A stretch of 64,000 nucleotides of DNA from an uncultured Eubacteriales bacterium (GTDB taxonomy: Bacteria > Bacillota > Clostridia > TANB77 > CAG-508): assembly GCA_949288175.1 (NCBI GenBank), contig CASEIV010000004.1:32023-96022 (forward strand). The letters run 5' to 3'. The position numbers were made by a program, and so were the translations under genes. The notes beneath the pieces are model-generated. The model searched no databases, was not told the DNA's origin, and was given only the letters and a program-made list of their open reading frames with translations. Of this stretch, positions 17,244 to 27,405 are shown piece by piece. The stretch's first letter is position 1. Every line of letters starts with the position of its first letter.

Positions 17244-19103
17244 TTATTTCTTCAATTCTTCTGCTAACTCTTTTGTAATTCCTTTTACTTTCATTAGTTC
17301 TTCTATTGAAGCTTGTTTGATTTTTTCTACACTTCCAAATTGTTTTAATAAAGCTTGTTTTTTGACTTTACCAATTCCTTGGATATCATCTAATTCTGAT
17401 TTTGTGATTTCCTTGTCTCTTAATTTTCTATGATAAGTAATGGCTGTATCATGAACAGTATCTTGGAATCTGGTAATGAGTTTCATTAAGTTTTCTGAAA
17501 TGGTTAATTCTTTTCTGTTTTCATCCATTAAAGCTCTTGTTTGGTGTTTATCATTTTTAACCATACCAAATACTTTAATATCTAATTCTTTTTTTAGCAT
17601 TTCTAGTTTTTCTTTTTTGTCTTGCTCTGTCATATCTTCCTGCATAATCTTTTCTTTTTCTTCATTTAGAACATTTTCAATCGCTTGTTTCGTTGCTCGT
17701 ATTTGGGTAATACCACCATCTGCAAATATGACATCTGGAAGTTTTCCAAATCCACCATTTGGATTTTCAATAGAATGTCTTAATCTTCTAGTGATAACCT
17801 CTTCCATACATTTGGGATCATCTTGTCCATAAACTGTTTTGATTTTAAATCTTCTAGATAAATTCTTTTTGATAACACCATCTTGCATCACACACATTCC
17901 AGCTACCATGTATTCACCTGATATATTTGATATATCAAATGTTTCAATTTTTCTTGGTAAGATATCCATTTTTAGTACTTCTTTTAATTCTAATAAAATT
18001 TCACTTTTATCTTTTTCTTTATTATCAAGTGTTACTCTTGCATTATTTTCTGCCATTTCTACAAATCTCAATTTTTCACCTTTTTTAGGTGATTTGATTT
18101 CCACTTTTTTTCCCAATTCTGTGGACAACCAATTTTCAATTGCTTCTTTATCTTCTATTTCTTCTCTTATCATAATTTTACTAGGAATGTTTGGATTGTC
18201 AAAATAGTATTGTTTGATAAATCCTGAAAGAATTTCTTTATCTTCCATATCTTTTAAATCTTTATAGAAGTATTGTTCTCTTCCTATCATTTTACTTCCT
18301 CTTACAAAAAAGATTTCTACACAAACTTCTAAATCTGATTTTGCAATTCCGATAACATCAATACTATTTTCAGATATATTAGATACCTTTTGTTTTGCTG
18401 AAGCTCTTTCTATTGCTTGTTTTCTATCTCTTAAATTAGCAGCTTTTTCATATTCCATTTTTTGAGATGCTTCTTGCATTTGTAAATCTAAATCTTTTAA
18501 AACTTTATCTGTTTTTCCTTCTAATAAATCGATAATTTCATTCACTTGTTTTCGATATTCTTCTTTATCTACATTTCCCATACATGGCGCCAAGCATCTA
18601 CCTATGTGGTAATTTAAACAGGGTCTTGTTCTTTCTTTTAACGTTCTACATTGATGAATTTTATATCTTTCTTTAATAAAATCTAACATTTCTTTTGCTG
18701 CACCTGGATTGGCATATGGTCCAAAATATTTTGAGCCATCATTTATCACCCTTCTTGTATAATAGACTCCTGGATATTCTGATTTTACATCAATTTTTAT
18801 ATATGGATAGGTTTTATCATCTTTTAATAACACATTAAATTTAGGTCTATTTTTTTTGATTAAATTACATTCTAAAATTAAAGCTTCTGCCTCATTATCT
18901 ACCACGATATATTCAAAATGATCAATTAAAGAAACCATTTTTTCAATTCTAGCAGTTTTATTCGTTTTTCTGAAATATTGTCTAACTCTATTTTTTAATG
19001 AAATCGCTTTTCCAACATAGATAATGTTATCATCTTTATCATGCATAATATATACACCAGGTTTTCCTGGTAATTTTTTTAATTCTTCTTCTATATCAAA
19101 CAT
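17244..19103 (-). CDS. uvrC: Excinuclease ABC subunit C
   Basis: GIY-YIG (PGVY...YVGKA), CLNYHIGRC, ETFDISN RNase H-like domain, C-terminal HhH. Confidence 0.98.
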   Translation of the reverse strand: MFDIEEELKKLPGKPGVYIMHDKDDNIIYVGKAISLKNRVRQYFRKTNKTARIEKMVSLIDHFEYIVVDNEAEALILECNLIKKNRPKFNVLLKDDKTYPYIKIDVKSEYPGVYYTRRVINDGSKYFGPYANPGAAKEMLDFIKERYKIHQCRTLKERTRPCLNYHIGRCLAPCMGNVDKEEYRKQVNEIIDLLEGKTDKVLKDLDLQMQEASQKMEYEKAANLRDRKQAIERASAKQKVSNISENSIDVIGIAKSDLEVCVEIFFVRGSKMIGREQYFYKDLKDMEDKEILSGFIKQYYFDNPNIPSKIMIREEIEDKEAIENWLSTELGKKVEIKSPKKGEKLRFVEMAENNARVTLDNKEKDKSEILLELKEVLKMDILPRKIETFDISNISGEYMVAGMCVMQDGVIKKNLSRRFKIKTVYGQDDPKCMEEVITRRLRHSIENPNGGFGKLPDVIFADGGITQIRATKQAIENVLNEEKEKIMQEDMTEQDKKEKLEMLKKELDIKVFGMVKNDKHQTRALMDENRKELTISENLMKLITRFQDTVHDTAITYHRKLRDKEITKSELDDIQGIGKVKKQALLKQFGSVEKIKQASIEELMKVKGITKELAEELKK

Positions 19104-19300
19104 TTCATTCCATTCCTTTGTCTAGATTGATATTATACATTAGCAGTATTTGTTGTTAAAATTCATTTATCGTAAAATACTTTATGATGAAAAGAAAGGC
19201 TTATATCTTCTGGCGGAATTTATAAGTCTTTCTTGAATCTTTTTTATAATATACCAATCTCTTTTTAAACTTGAAAATCTAAAAAGTTTTTCTACTATTT

Positions 19301-19819
19301 TTAAAACTCATCTACACTTTCTACATACCCAATATATGGTAAATTTCTATAGTTTTGGTTATAATCTAAACCATATCCTACAACAAACTTATCTTCTATT
19401 CTAAATCCTATATATTCTACTTCTAATTCCTTTGTTCTTCTTGATGGTTTGCTAAGTAGAGTTGCAATCTTTAAACTATTTGGTCTTTTTAATTTTAAAT
19501 AGTCCTTTAAGAATGCTAAAGTTGTTCCAGTATCAATAATATCTTCTATAATCAATACATCTTTTCCTTCAATACTGTTTTTAATATCTTTTACAATCTT
19601 CACTTTTCCTGTGCTTTCCGTTCCCTCATAGCTAGATACTTCTATAAATTCAAATTGCACTTTTGTTTTTAGTCTTTTGGCTAATTCTACCATAAATACA
19701 ACTGAACCTTTTAAAATACCAATTAAGATAATTTCTTTTCCTTCATATGCTTTGTCTATTTCTCTTGCCATTTCATCTAATCTTTTTTCAATTCTTGCTT
19801 CATTAATTAATACATTCAT
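19301..19819 (-). CDS. hpt: Hypoxanthine phosphoribosyltransferase
   Basis: ILKGSVVF, VLIIEDIIDTGTTL, FVVGYGLDY; start at MNVL (upstream extension is a repeat). Confidence 0.96.
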   Translation of the reverse strand: MNVLINEARIEKRLDEMAREIDKAYEGKEIILIGILKGSVVFMVELAKRLKTKVQFEFIEVSSYEGTESTGKVKIVKDIKNSIEGKDVLIIEDIIDTGTTLAFLKDYLKLKRPNSLKIATLLSKPSRRTKELEVEYIGFRIEDKFVVGYGLDYNQNYRNLPYIGYVESVDEF

Positions 19820-19830
19820 GTTTTTACGTT

Positions 19831-19890
19831 TTCCTTTCCTAAGGCTCAATTTTGGTTGGAAAAAAATATATTTTTCAACCACATTCCCCT
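19831..19890 (-). repeat. 5'-leader repeat family, copy A (collapsed) upstream of hpt
   Basis: GGTTGAAAAATA...TTTCCAACC hairpin followed by GAGCCTTAGGAAAGG; related to copies at 23.4 kb and 62.6 kb. Confidence 0.65.
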
Positions 19891-20118
19891 TATTTCTTAT
19901 TTAGACTTTCTGGTTGCCTATCCCCTTTTTGTATGTTTTATTTTAAACACCTATATTATATATGATTTTACTTATATTTTCAATCTTTTCCAGATTTTTT
20001 CAAGAAAATAAATTTTTTAGCTAGGACTTGCGTATTTTTTCATTTTAGTATAATATAATAAAAGTAAATTAAAAGTATGCAAAAAGTTTTTAGAAAGGAG
20101 GACAATATTTCGTTCATA

Positions 20119-20258
20119 TATAGCGCCTGGACACTATCTTATAGTGTTGACGAGGTTCAGAGTTATCGAAAGATTCGGCGGGTGCTCTGATGGCTTTGAC
20201 TTATGGTCATAAGTATTGATTAAAAGAGCAATAGTAATATTGTAACAAAGGTCAATAC
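20119..20258 (+). ncRNA. glmS ribozyme (GlcN6P-activated riboswitch)
   Basis: AGCGCCTGGAC, P1 ACACTAT/ATAGTGT, GACGAGG, TTATCGAA..TTCGGCGG, P3 TCAGAG/CTCTGA; directly upstream of glmS. Confidence 0.96.
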
Positions 20259-20318
20259 ATATAGGTTTTATTTGCATACCTTTAATTCCCAAAAACAAAT
20301 TTTAGGAGGATTTATATT

Positions 20319-22160
20319 ATGTGTGGAATTGTAGGTTATATAGGAAAACAAAAAGCAAGTCCAATTTTAATCAATGGACTTTTAAGATTGGAATACAGAG
20401 GGTATGACTCTGCTGGTATTTCAACAATTGAACCAGAAGGTTTGGTTGTAATGAAAGATAAAGGAAGAGTAAAAAATTTATATAATTTAAAAGGAATTGA
20501 TGATTTAAAAGGTACCATTGGTATTGCACATACAAGATGGGCAACACATGGAAAACCATCTAAAGAAAATGCGCATCCTCATCAAGATAATACAAAATCA
20601 TTTAGTGTTGTTCATAATGGTATTATTGAAAATTATAATGAATTAAGAAAATTTTTAATGGATAATGGATACAAATTTTATTCTGATACAGATACAGAAA
20701 TTGTTCCAAATCTAATTCATTACTATTATGCAAAAGCGAAAAACGAAACAGGAAAAATGAAATTTTTAACAGCAGTAAAAAATGCTTGTACAGATTTAAA
20801 AGGAAGTTTTGCTTTAGAAATTATTTGTAAAGACTTCCCTGATAACATGATTGTTGTTAGAAAAGATAGTCCTTTAGTTATTGGAAAAGGAATTGATGAA
20901 AATTATATTTCTTCAGATATCCCTGCTATCTTGTCTTTTACTAGAAACTTCTATCTTTTAAATGATTTTGAATATGTATTTTTATCAAGAGATTCTGCTG
21001 AATTTTATGATAAAGATTTAAATACAGTAGACAAAAAGACACAAAATATTGAATGGGATGCTGCTAGCAGTGAAAAAAATGGTTATGAAGATTTTATGCT
21101 AAAAGAAATTCATGAACAACCAACCGCTATTCGTGAAACCATTGGAGCTAAGTTCAGTGAAAACTCAAAATGTGAATTTGATGAATTAAATTTCACCAAA
21201 GAGTATTTATCAAGTTTAAATAAAATCTACATTGTCGCTTGTGGTACAGCTATGCATGCTGGATTAGCAGGAAAAAATATTATCGAAAAACTTTGTAGGA
21301 TTCCAACTGAAGTGGATATTGCTTCTGAATTTAGATATAGAGATCCATTAATTGATGATAAAACCTTATGTATCTTTATTTCTCAATCAGGAGAAACCGC
21401 AGATACCATTGCTGCATTAAAATTATCAAAGCAAAAAGGTGCAAAAACACTTGCGATTTCTAATGTTATAGGAAGTTCTATTACAAGAGAAGCAGATTAT
21501 TCTATTTATACACATGCAGGTCCAGAAATTGCAGTTGCTTCTACAAAAGCATATACTTCACAAGTTGTTTTAATTGTTATATTAGCAATTTACTTTGCAG
21601 AAATACTAGAAAAAAATTCTAAAATATTACATGAATTGAAAAAAGAAATTTTAAACTTACCAGGAAAAATAGAAGAATGTTTAAAATTAGAAGATATTAT
21701 TAAACAATTTTCAAAAAGGATTTATCAGGAAAAAGATATTTTCTTTATTGGTAGAGGTATTGATGAAACTGTCGCTAAAGAAGGTTCTTTAAAATTAAAA
21801 GAAATCTCATATATTCATTCAGAAAGTTATGCAGCAGGTGAATTAAAACACGGACCAATCGCTTTAATTGAAAAAGATGTAACAGTTGTAGGAATTATGA
21901 CAGAGCCTACTTTGGTTGAAAAAACGGTTAGCAATCTTCAAGAAGTCATTACTCGTGGAGCTAAAACATTAATTATTACTAATCAAAAAATTGATAAATC
22001 TATGTTTGATACTGTATTAGAAATTCCTGAAACTAGCACATATATCTCTCCAATCTTATCAATTATTCCTTTACAATTATTATCTTATTATATTTCAAAG
22101 GAAAAAGGATTAGATGTGGATAAACCAAGAAACTTAGCAAAATCTGTTACAGTTGAATAA
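20319..22160 (+). CDS. glmS: Glutamine-fructose-6-phosphate transaminase
   Basis: MCGIVG N-terminus, LEYRGYDS, HTRWATHG, SQSGETADT, DKPRNLAKSVTVE. Confidence 0.99.
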   Translation: MCGIVGYIGKQKASPILINGLLRLEYRGYDSAGISTIEPEGLVVMKDKGRVKNLYNLKGIDDLKGTIGIAHTRWATHGKPSKENAHPHQDNTKSFSVVHNGIIENYNELRKFLMDNGYKFYSDTDTEIVPNLIHYYYAKAKNETGKMKFLTAVKNACTDLKGSFALEIICKDFPDNMIVVRKDSPLVIGKGIDENYISSDIPAILSFTRNFYLLNDFEYVFLSRDSAEFYDKDLNTVDKKTQNIEWDAASSEKNGYEDFMLKEIHEQPTAIRETIGAKFSENSKCEFDELNFTKEYLSSLNKIYIVACGTAMHAGLAGKNIIEKLCRIPTEVDIASEFRYRDPLIDDKTLCIFISQSGETADTIAALKLSKQKGAKTLAISNVIGSSITREADYSIYTHAGPEIAVASTKAYTSQVVLIVILAIYFAEILEKNSKILHELKKEILNLPGKIEECLKLEDIIKQFSKRIYQEKDIFFIGRGIDETVAKEGSLKLKEISYIHSESYAAGELKHGPIALIEKDVTVVGIMTEPTLVEKTVSNLQEVITRGAKTLIITNQKIDKSMFDTVLEIPETSTYISPILSIIPLQLLSYYISKEKGLDVDKPRNLAKSVTVE

Positions 22161-22188
22161 ATTAAGAAAAGTATATTTATAAATAGCT

Positions 22189-22224
22189 AAAAAGACAAAA
22201 TCAAAAAATTGATTTTGTCTTTTT
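22189..22224. terminator. Bidirectional terminator between convergent genes
   Basis: AAAAAGACAAAATCAA-AAAA-TTGATTTTGTCTTTTT. Confidence 0.85.
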
Positions 22225-22237
22225 ATTTTCTTCCTAC

Positions 22238-23014
22238 TTAAAAATCTATTATTTTCAAAACTTCTTTAAAACTTTCTCCACCTGTTAGTACAATATCAAA
22301 AGTTTTGTTATACTTCTCTAAATTAGATTCTATATTTTTATCTAAAAATCCTATCGTTATAGTCTGATTTAACTTTTCTTTTGATACCATATTAACATCA
22401 TCAGTTATATCTCCTAATAATATAGTATACCTTTTATCTTTTATAATTTCATTTAACTCTTTAGAAAACTCTATTTTGTCTTTATTATATGGTGTCACAT
22501 TTGTTACATCATTTTCTTTTTTTCCATTCATATCTAAATAATTAGCATATATGTAAATATTATCGTAATATGCATGATTTTGTTTTAAATATTCTTCTAT
22601 TACATTTTTTATACTACTAGATATAATGATAACTGGAATATTGTTTTCATGCATTTTTCTAAAAAATTCTTTTGCACCATCACGCAATGTTAATTCTGTT
22701 TTTTCTACCGATTTTTCTAATATATCTTTATTAAATTGACATTCTCTTAATAAATCCATATATGCCATAAATCTTTGTTCAAAAGCCTTTTGTTTTACTT
22801 CATTACTCTCACTTTCACTTAATTCTGTTTCATCATGTATCTCTGCATATTTTTGTTCAAATTCTTTTCCCAATAATTTTGAATAGTATAATACTCTCCA
22901 TGCACTAATACTTTTAGCCTTTGTTATTGTTCTGTCAAAATCAATCACTACATAAAAATTATTTTTATCTAGTTTTATATCTTTTAATTTATCTTTATGA
23001 TTTATATATTTCAT
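22238..23014 (-). CDS. HAD hydrolase, pyrimidine 5'-nucleotidase (UMPH-1/cN-III-like)
   Basis: IDFDRTIT motif I, LLGDITDDVNM motif IV, TIGFL...EKYNKTFDIVL tail. Confidence 0.75.
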   Translation of the reverse strand: MKYINHKDKLKDIKLDKNNFYVVIDFDRTITKAKSISAWRVLYYSKLLGKEFEQKYAEIHDETELSESESNEVKQKAFEQRFMAYMDLLRECQFNKDILEKSVEKTELTLRDGAKEFFRKMHENNIPVIIISSSIKNVIEEYLKQNHAYYDNIYIYANYLDMNGKKENDVTNVTPYNKDKIEFSKELNEIIKDKRYTILLGDITDDVNMVSKEKLNQTITIGFLDKNIESNLEKYNKTFDIVLTGGESFKEVLKIIDF

Positions 23015-23097
23015 TATTTTGTTCCCCCTATTGTTTCTCATATGTCCTTATTCTATCAGAATTTTTGACATACTTCAATAGTGGTAATATTTTTACG

Positions 23098-23358
23098 TTA
23101 TCCTATTAATAATTTTACAATAATTAAGCACACCGCTCCAGGCAATCCTAGTAATCCTATGATAATGCTATTGACAATATTTAATCCTATATGAAATCCA
23201 AAATTGGCACCTATTAAATTAATCACATATATAATAAGCCCACCAAATATTGAATTGATAATGAGTTTCAATATCTTCTTTAATGGGACAATAAAAATTC
23301 TTCCAATAATAAATATAAAACAGATACAAGCCAAATATGTAATAATATTCAAATCCAT
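23098..23358 (-). CDS. bofA: Pro-sigmaK processing inhibitor BofA
   Basis: LKLIINSIFGGL...IGLNIVNSIIIGLLGLPG; adjacent to yaaL. Confidence 0.9.
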   Translation of the reverse strand: MDLNIITYLACICFIFIIGRIFIVPLKKILKLIINSIFGGLIIYVINLIGANFGFHIGLNIVNSIIIGLLGLPGAVCLIIVKLLIG

Positions 23359-23368
23359 TTCTGCAATC

Positions 23369-23524
23369 ATTCCTTTCGGAAGGCACATTCTGGTTGGAAA
23401 AGAATTAAATTTTGGCAAGGAAAATTTTATTTAAAAGGCAAGGGAGTATATGTTTATATGTAACCGCGTTTTAAACGAAATTTGACGCAGCCAAAATTGT
23501 AATTATTTTTCAACCTTCTCCTCC
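23369..23524 (-). repeat. 5'-leader repeat family, copy B (full hairpin) upstream of bofA
   Basis: GGTTGAAAAATAATTACAATTTTGGC...GCCAAAATTTAATTCTTTTCCAACC imperfect IR then GTGCCTTCCGAAAGG; 38/41-nt identity with 62570-62610. Confidence 0.8.
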
Positions 23525-23581
23525 AATTGATAACATATATACCTCTTACTCATTATTATGCTATCAATTGGACAAATAGAC

Positions 23582-23866
23582 CTATCCTACTTCTTCATCA
23601 CTAGAAAGTCTATATTTAATATCATTAATCATATCTACTGTAATTCCTTTCATTTTAGCCATTTTAATTAAATAATTTAACTTTGCTTGATTTGCTTTCA
23701 TTTCATAAATATAATAATCTACCAAATCATCTTGTGCATACTCAAAATTTTTATCAACATTTTTTAACTCTTTTCTTGTTTTTATAATATTCTTAATAAG
23801 TTCAATTTCTCTTTTCCTCTCCTCCATATTCTCTATTTCACTTTCTTGCATATATCCATCTTCCAT
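23582..23866 (-). CDS. yaaL: YaaL (DUF2508) family protein
   Basis: NFEYAQDDLVDYYIYEMKANQAKLNYLIKMAK; yaaL-bofA synteny. Confidence 0.85.
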   Translation of the reverse strand: MEDGYMQESEIENMEERKREIELIKNIIKTRKELKNVDKNFEYAQDDLVDYYIYEMKANQAKLNYLIKMAKMKGITVDMINDIKYRLSSDEEVG

Positions 23867-23933
23867 AACTTTCCTCCTATGCCTTTTATCATAATAGTAT
23901 ATTCAATTATTTTGTTTTTATACTCATAATCTT

Positions 23934-23980
23934 CAATTGGGTGTGCCAAAGGGGACGGGTTAAAATGGCACACCCAATTG
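23934..23980. repeat. 15-bp perfect hairpin with GGGGACGG loop
   Basis: CAATTGGGTGTGCCA-AAGGGGACGGGTTAAAA-TGGCACACCCAATTG. Confidence 0.85.
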
Positions 23981-24076
23981 GAGAAATTAAATAAATTTCG
24001 CTAAAAGTCTTGTTTTTTTAGCCATTTTGTAGGATAATATATATGTATGATTTTAAATTTTGAAAGGATATTTTAG

Positions 24077-26404
24077 ATGAAGCTAATCGATAAATTTTTA
24101 AAGAAACTGAATATCAATAGAAATACGTTTGCAACATATATTTTAACATTATTAACCGTATATTTAGCAGTCGATAGAATTGTAGAAATGCTTTTTATGA
24201 TATTTACTGGTGTATCTTATTCTTATTGGGGACCTATACAATATACTCTAGCTTTAGCATGTCCAATTTTCGCATTTCTATTTTCAGGAAAATCTGAATT
24301 TGCTACTTCCAACATGAAGAAAGTTGCTATATTTTATGTATATGTCATTGGATTATATATCATTGCTGTTTCTATGTTTACCCAATGGCTAAACATGGGG
24401 GCTTGGCTATTATTATTATCTGTCCCTAATTACGTAGAATTAATTACTGATTTTTCTGACATTGTAAAACCTGCATTTATTAGTATTTCACTTTATTTAC
24501 CACTTGTTACTATATTCCCAGTATTTAAGTGGTTATACATGGGTATTAATGACAACTTAGATCAAATCCGTTCTATTTGGGATTATCCTGGTATTGATTT
24601 ATCTGATCCTAAAAAGGATAGAGGTGTATATACTTGTGAAGTCTTTTTATGTACAGATCATGATTATGGAACAGTTATTACCATTCCAGAAGTTTCTAGA
24701 TATTCATCTTTATTTGTATGTGGTGGATCTGGAACTGGAAAAACTTCTCTAGTTTTCGAGCCAATGATTGCTAGAGATATCGAGAAAAAATATTTTTTCA
24801 GAGAAGTTTCTAAGGAAATGGGATTTACCGCTTTAAAAACAGGTATTGCCCATTTAAAGAGACCATATGATAATGATTATTTAAATCAAAACTTTAAATT
24901 GGAAATGCTTACGCCTACTGAAGGTAAAGAAGCTGTTTTCAATGGTTATATGAAAAAGATGATTTTAGGACCACTAAATGGTGAAAATGTATATAAAAAT
25001 TTAGGATTAGAAATCATGTCTCCAGATTACGAACTAATTGACCACATGACACAAGTTTGTGATAATTATGGATTTAAATATAATATGATTGACCCATCAA
25101 ATCCTAATTCAATGGGATTAAATCCTTTTATATATGATGAACCTTCAAAAATAGCTGTTACGATTTCTTCTGCTCTAAAAGCTATGTACAGTAATGCACA
25201 TGAAGAAGTAGAAGATGCTTATAGAGAAGACTTTATTATTCAAGCAATTGAAAACTTAGCTATTATATTAAAAGAAATGTATCCTAGAATGAACGAAGGT
25301 GCTCTTCCTAATATGGAAGATATGCTAAAAATGTTCACCAATTTTGAATTAGTAGAAAAGATGTGTGAAATATTAGCACATGATGAAGAATTAAAAGAAA
25401 AATATGCAATACAACTTTCTTACTTTAAAAAATGTTTCTATAAAGATGGACCTGCCAGAGCTCAAACTGAAAAAGATATTTATGCAGCAGTTACACAATT
25501 AGATAATCTTTTAAGATTACCTGGTGTTAAATCTATCTTATGTAATCGATTTAATAATATCGATTTTGATAAAGCTCTTGCAAATGGAGATATTACTTTT
25601 GTATGTACAAGACGTGGTGATTTAGGTTCATCAACACATCAAGCTTTTGGATTATTCTTCTTAATTTCAATGCAAAATGCTGTTTTAAGAAGACCTGGTG
25701 GAGAAAATTCAAGAGTTCCTAATTTCCTATATGTTGATGAGTTCCCTGATTTTATTTGTAAAGCAACAGAAGCTATGTTTACAATGTATAGAAAATATCG
25801 TGTTGGAACAATTATCTCTGCGCAAAACTTAGCACAATTAGAAACACCAAAATCTAGAGAAAATTACAGAAATACTATTCTATCAAACTGTGCAAACAAG
25901 GTCTTTACAGGAAGTGCAGAAATAAATGAACTAAAATGGTGGTGTGATGAATTTGGGCAACACAGGGAATGGACTTACAAAGTTGATTTTGATACAGAGA
26001 AAACACAATATGGCTCTAAATATGGTGATGCAAAATGGGCATATGTTTATTATTTTACGCCTGGAAAATTACAGTCAATGCTAACAAATACAATGGCAGC
26101 ATTTAAAGTAAAAGGTCTTAACGGAAAACCAATAGTTGGACCAGGTAGATTTAAATACTTAGAGTCAAAATATAAGGAAAAACAAAAAATAAAAACTTTT
26201 GATTTTGGTAAATATTCTGATGGTGTTACAACAGCAACAGAAGATGATTCTTCAGCAAAAAAGAAATTTGATTTAAAAAATCTAGATTTCAAAGATGAAA
26301 GAGATGAAATTAATCCTGTTCAAACAGACACCACAGATTCTAGATATTTATTTGATAATGATGATGCTGTTGTTATTAATTTCAAAAGAAATGAAAAGAA
26401 ATAA
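24077..26404 (+). CDS. VirD4/TraG-like type IV coupling ATPase
   Basis: N-terminal TMs, Walker A GGSGTGKT, Walker B LYVDEF, ISAQNLAQL, ILSNCANK. Confidence 0.8.
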   Translation: MKLIDKFLKKLNINRNTFATYILTLLTVYLAVDRIVEMLFMIFTGVSYSYWGPIQYTLALACPIFAFLFSGKSEFATSNMKKVAIFYVYVIGLYIIAVSMFTQWLNMGAWLLLLSVPNYVELITDFSDIVKPAFISISLYLPLVTIFPVFKWLYMGINDNLDQIRSIWDYPGIDLSDPKKDRGVYTCEVFLCTDHDYGTVITIPEVSRYSSLFVCGGSGTGKTSLVFEPMIARDIEKKYFFREVSKEMGFTALKTGIAHLKRPYDNDYLNQNFKLEMLTPTEGKEAVFNGYMKKMILGPLNGENVYKNLGLEIMSPDYELIDHMTQVCDNYGFKYNMIDPSNPNSMGLNPFIYDEPSKIAVTISSALKAMYSNAHEEVEDAYREDFIIQAIENLAIILKEMYPRMNEGALPNMEDMLKMFTNFELVEKMCEILAHDEELKEKYAIQLSYFKKCFYKDGPARAQTEKDIYAAVTQLDNLLRLPGVKSILCNRFNNIDFDKALANGDITFVCTRRGDLGSSTHQAFGLFFLISMQNAVLRRPGGENSRVPNFLYVDEFPDFICKATEAMFTMYRKYRVGTIISAQNLAQLETPKSRENYRNTILSNCANKVFTGSAEINELKWWCDEFGQHREWTYKVDFDTEKTQYGSKYGDAKWAYVYYFTPGKLQSMLTNTMAAFKVKGLNGKPIVGPGRFKYLESKYKEKQKIKTFDFGKYSDGVTTATEDDSSAKKKFDLKNLDFKDERDEINPVQTDTTDSRYLFDNDDAVVINFKRNEKK

Positions 26405-26550
26405 AAATATAAGAACCTTGTTGTCTAAGACATAAAAATATAAGACTTACGATTACATTTCGTAAGTCTTTATTGTTGCATTGCATAAAAGCCATCTTCT
26501 TTTCTTGCTTTTTATAAAATTTGGGAAATATGCAATAAAGGATAAGTTTC

Positions 26551-27405
26551 TTATATTGTCAGACCAATTAATTCCAATGCAATACCTGATATAACACCTA
26601 TTGCATATAATAAAACCGTAATTTTTATATTTTCTTTAATACCTTTATTCGTTCTAAATAATACAGCTAGTCCCACACCTGCTCCAACTAATAATCCAGC
26701 AATCATTGTTCCAACAGATATGATATTTTCTAAATACATTTGCGTAATAATAACTGATGAAGCACAGTTTGGAATTAATCCGATAATTCCAGATATAACT
26801 GGTCCCAATATTGGTCTATCTAACATAAATCCAGCAATGGTTTCTTCTCCTATAAAATGAATTGCTAAATTAATCACAAATGTTATAAGAAATATAAAAA
26901 CAAATATATTTACAGTATGTTTTAATGCAGACTTCCATATACCATGTTCACAATGACAATGCTCTTTTTCGCATAAATCTATGATTTTTTCTTCTTCTTC
27001 TTTTCCTTTATTCTTTAATCGTATCACCAAATCAATTAAAAATCCTGCTATCATACCAATAACCAATTTAATGGCTAATATTTTTATAATGACATCAATC
27101 GCTACACCTTCTGATAAAAATATAGGTAACATTTCATCAGAAGTAGATAAGTAAACAGCAATCAGCGTACCTAAAGTAATTACCCTCGCCGCATATAAAT
27201 TGGTAGCAGAAACGGAAAATCCACATTGAGGAACAATACCTAGTAACGCTCCAAAAAATGGTCCAAATTTTCCTGATTTTTTTATAGTTTCCTTTGTTTT
27301 TTCTTTTGTTTTATGCTCTATGTATTCCATTAGTAAATATGTAAGAAATAAAAAAGGAATTAATTTTATACTATCTTCAATGGTATGTTCTAATATTTCT
27401 AACAT
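26551..27405 (-). CDS. Putative manganese/metal transporter family permease
   Basis: LGIVPQCGFS, STSDEMLPIF, GLIPNCASSV and a His/Cys linker EHCHCEHG. Confidence 0.8.
   Translation of the reverse strand: MLEILEHTIEDSIKLIPFLFLTYLLMEYIEHKTKEKTKETIKKSGKFGPFFGALLGIVPQCGFSVSATNLYAARVITLGTLIAVYLSTSDEMLPIFLSEGVAIDVIIKILAIKLVIGMIAGFLIDLVIRLKNKGKEEEEKIIDLCEKEHCHCEHGIWKSALKHTVNIFVFIFLITFVINLAIHFIGEETIAGFMLDRPILGPVISGIIGLIPNCASSVIITQMYLENIISVGTMIAGLLVGAGVGLAVLFRTNKGIKENIKITVLLYAIGVISGIALELIGLTI

Noticed and set aside
19820-19882. N-terminal extensions in the ORF track for hpt (also yqfC, bofA, rluB, lspA)
   Set aside because: Extensions run through repeats or upstream genes; downstream starts have proper SD spacing and match family lengths.
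23900-26550. Integrative conjugative element around the VirD4-like gene
   Set aside because: No integrase, relaxase, VirB4 or att repeats; flanks are core genes with typical composition.
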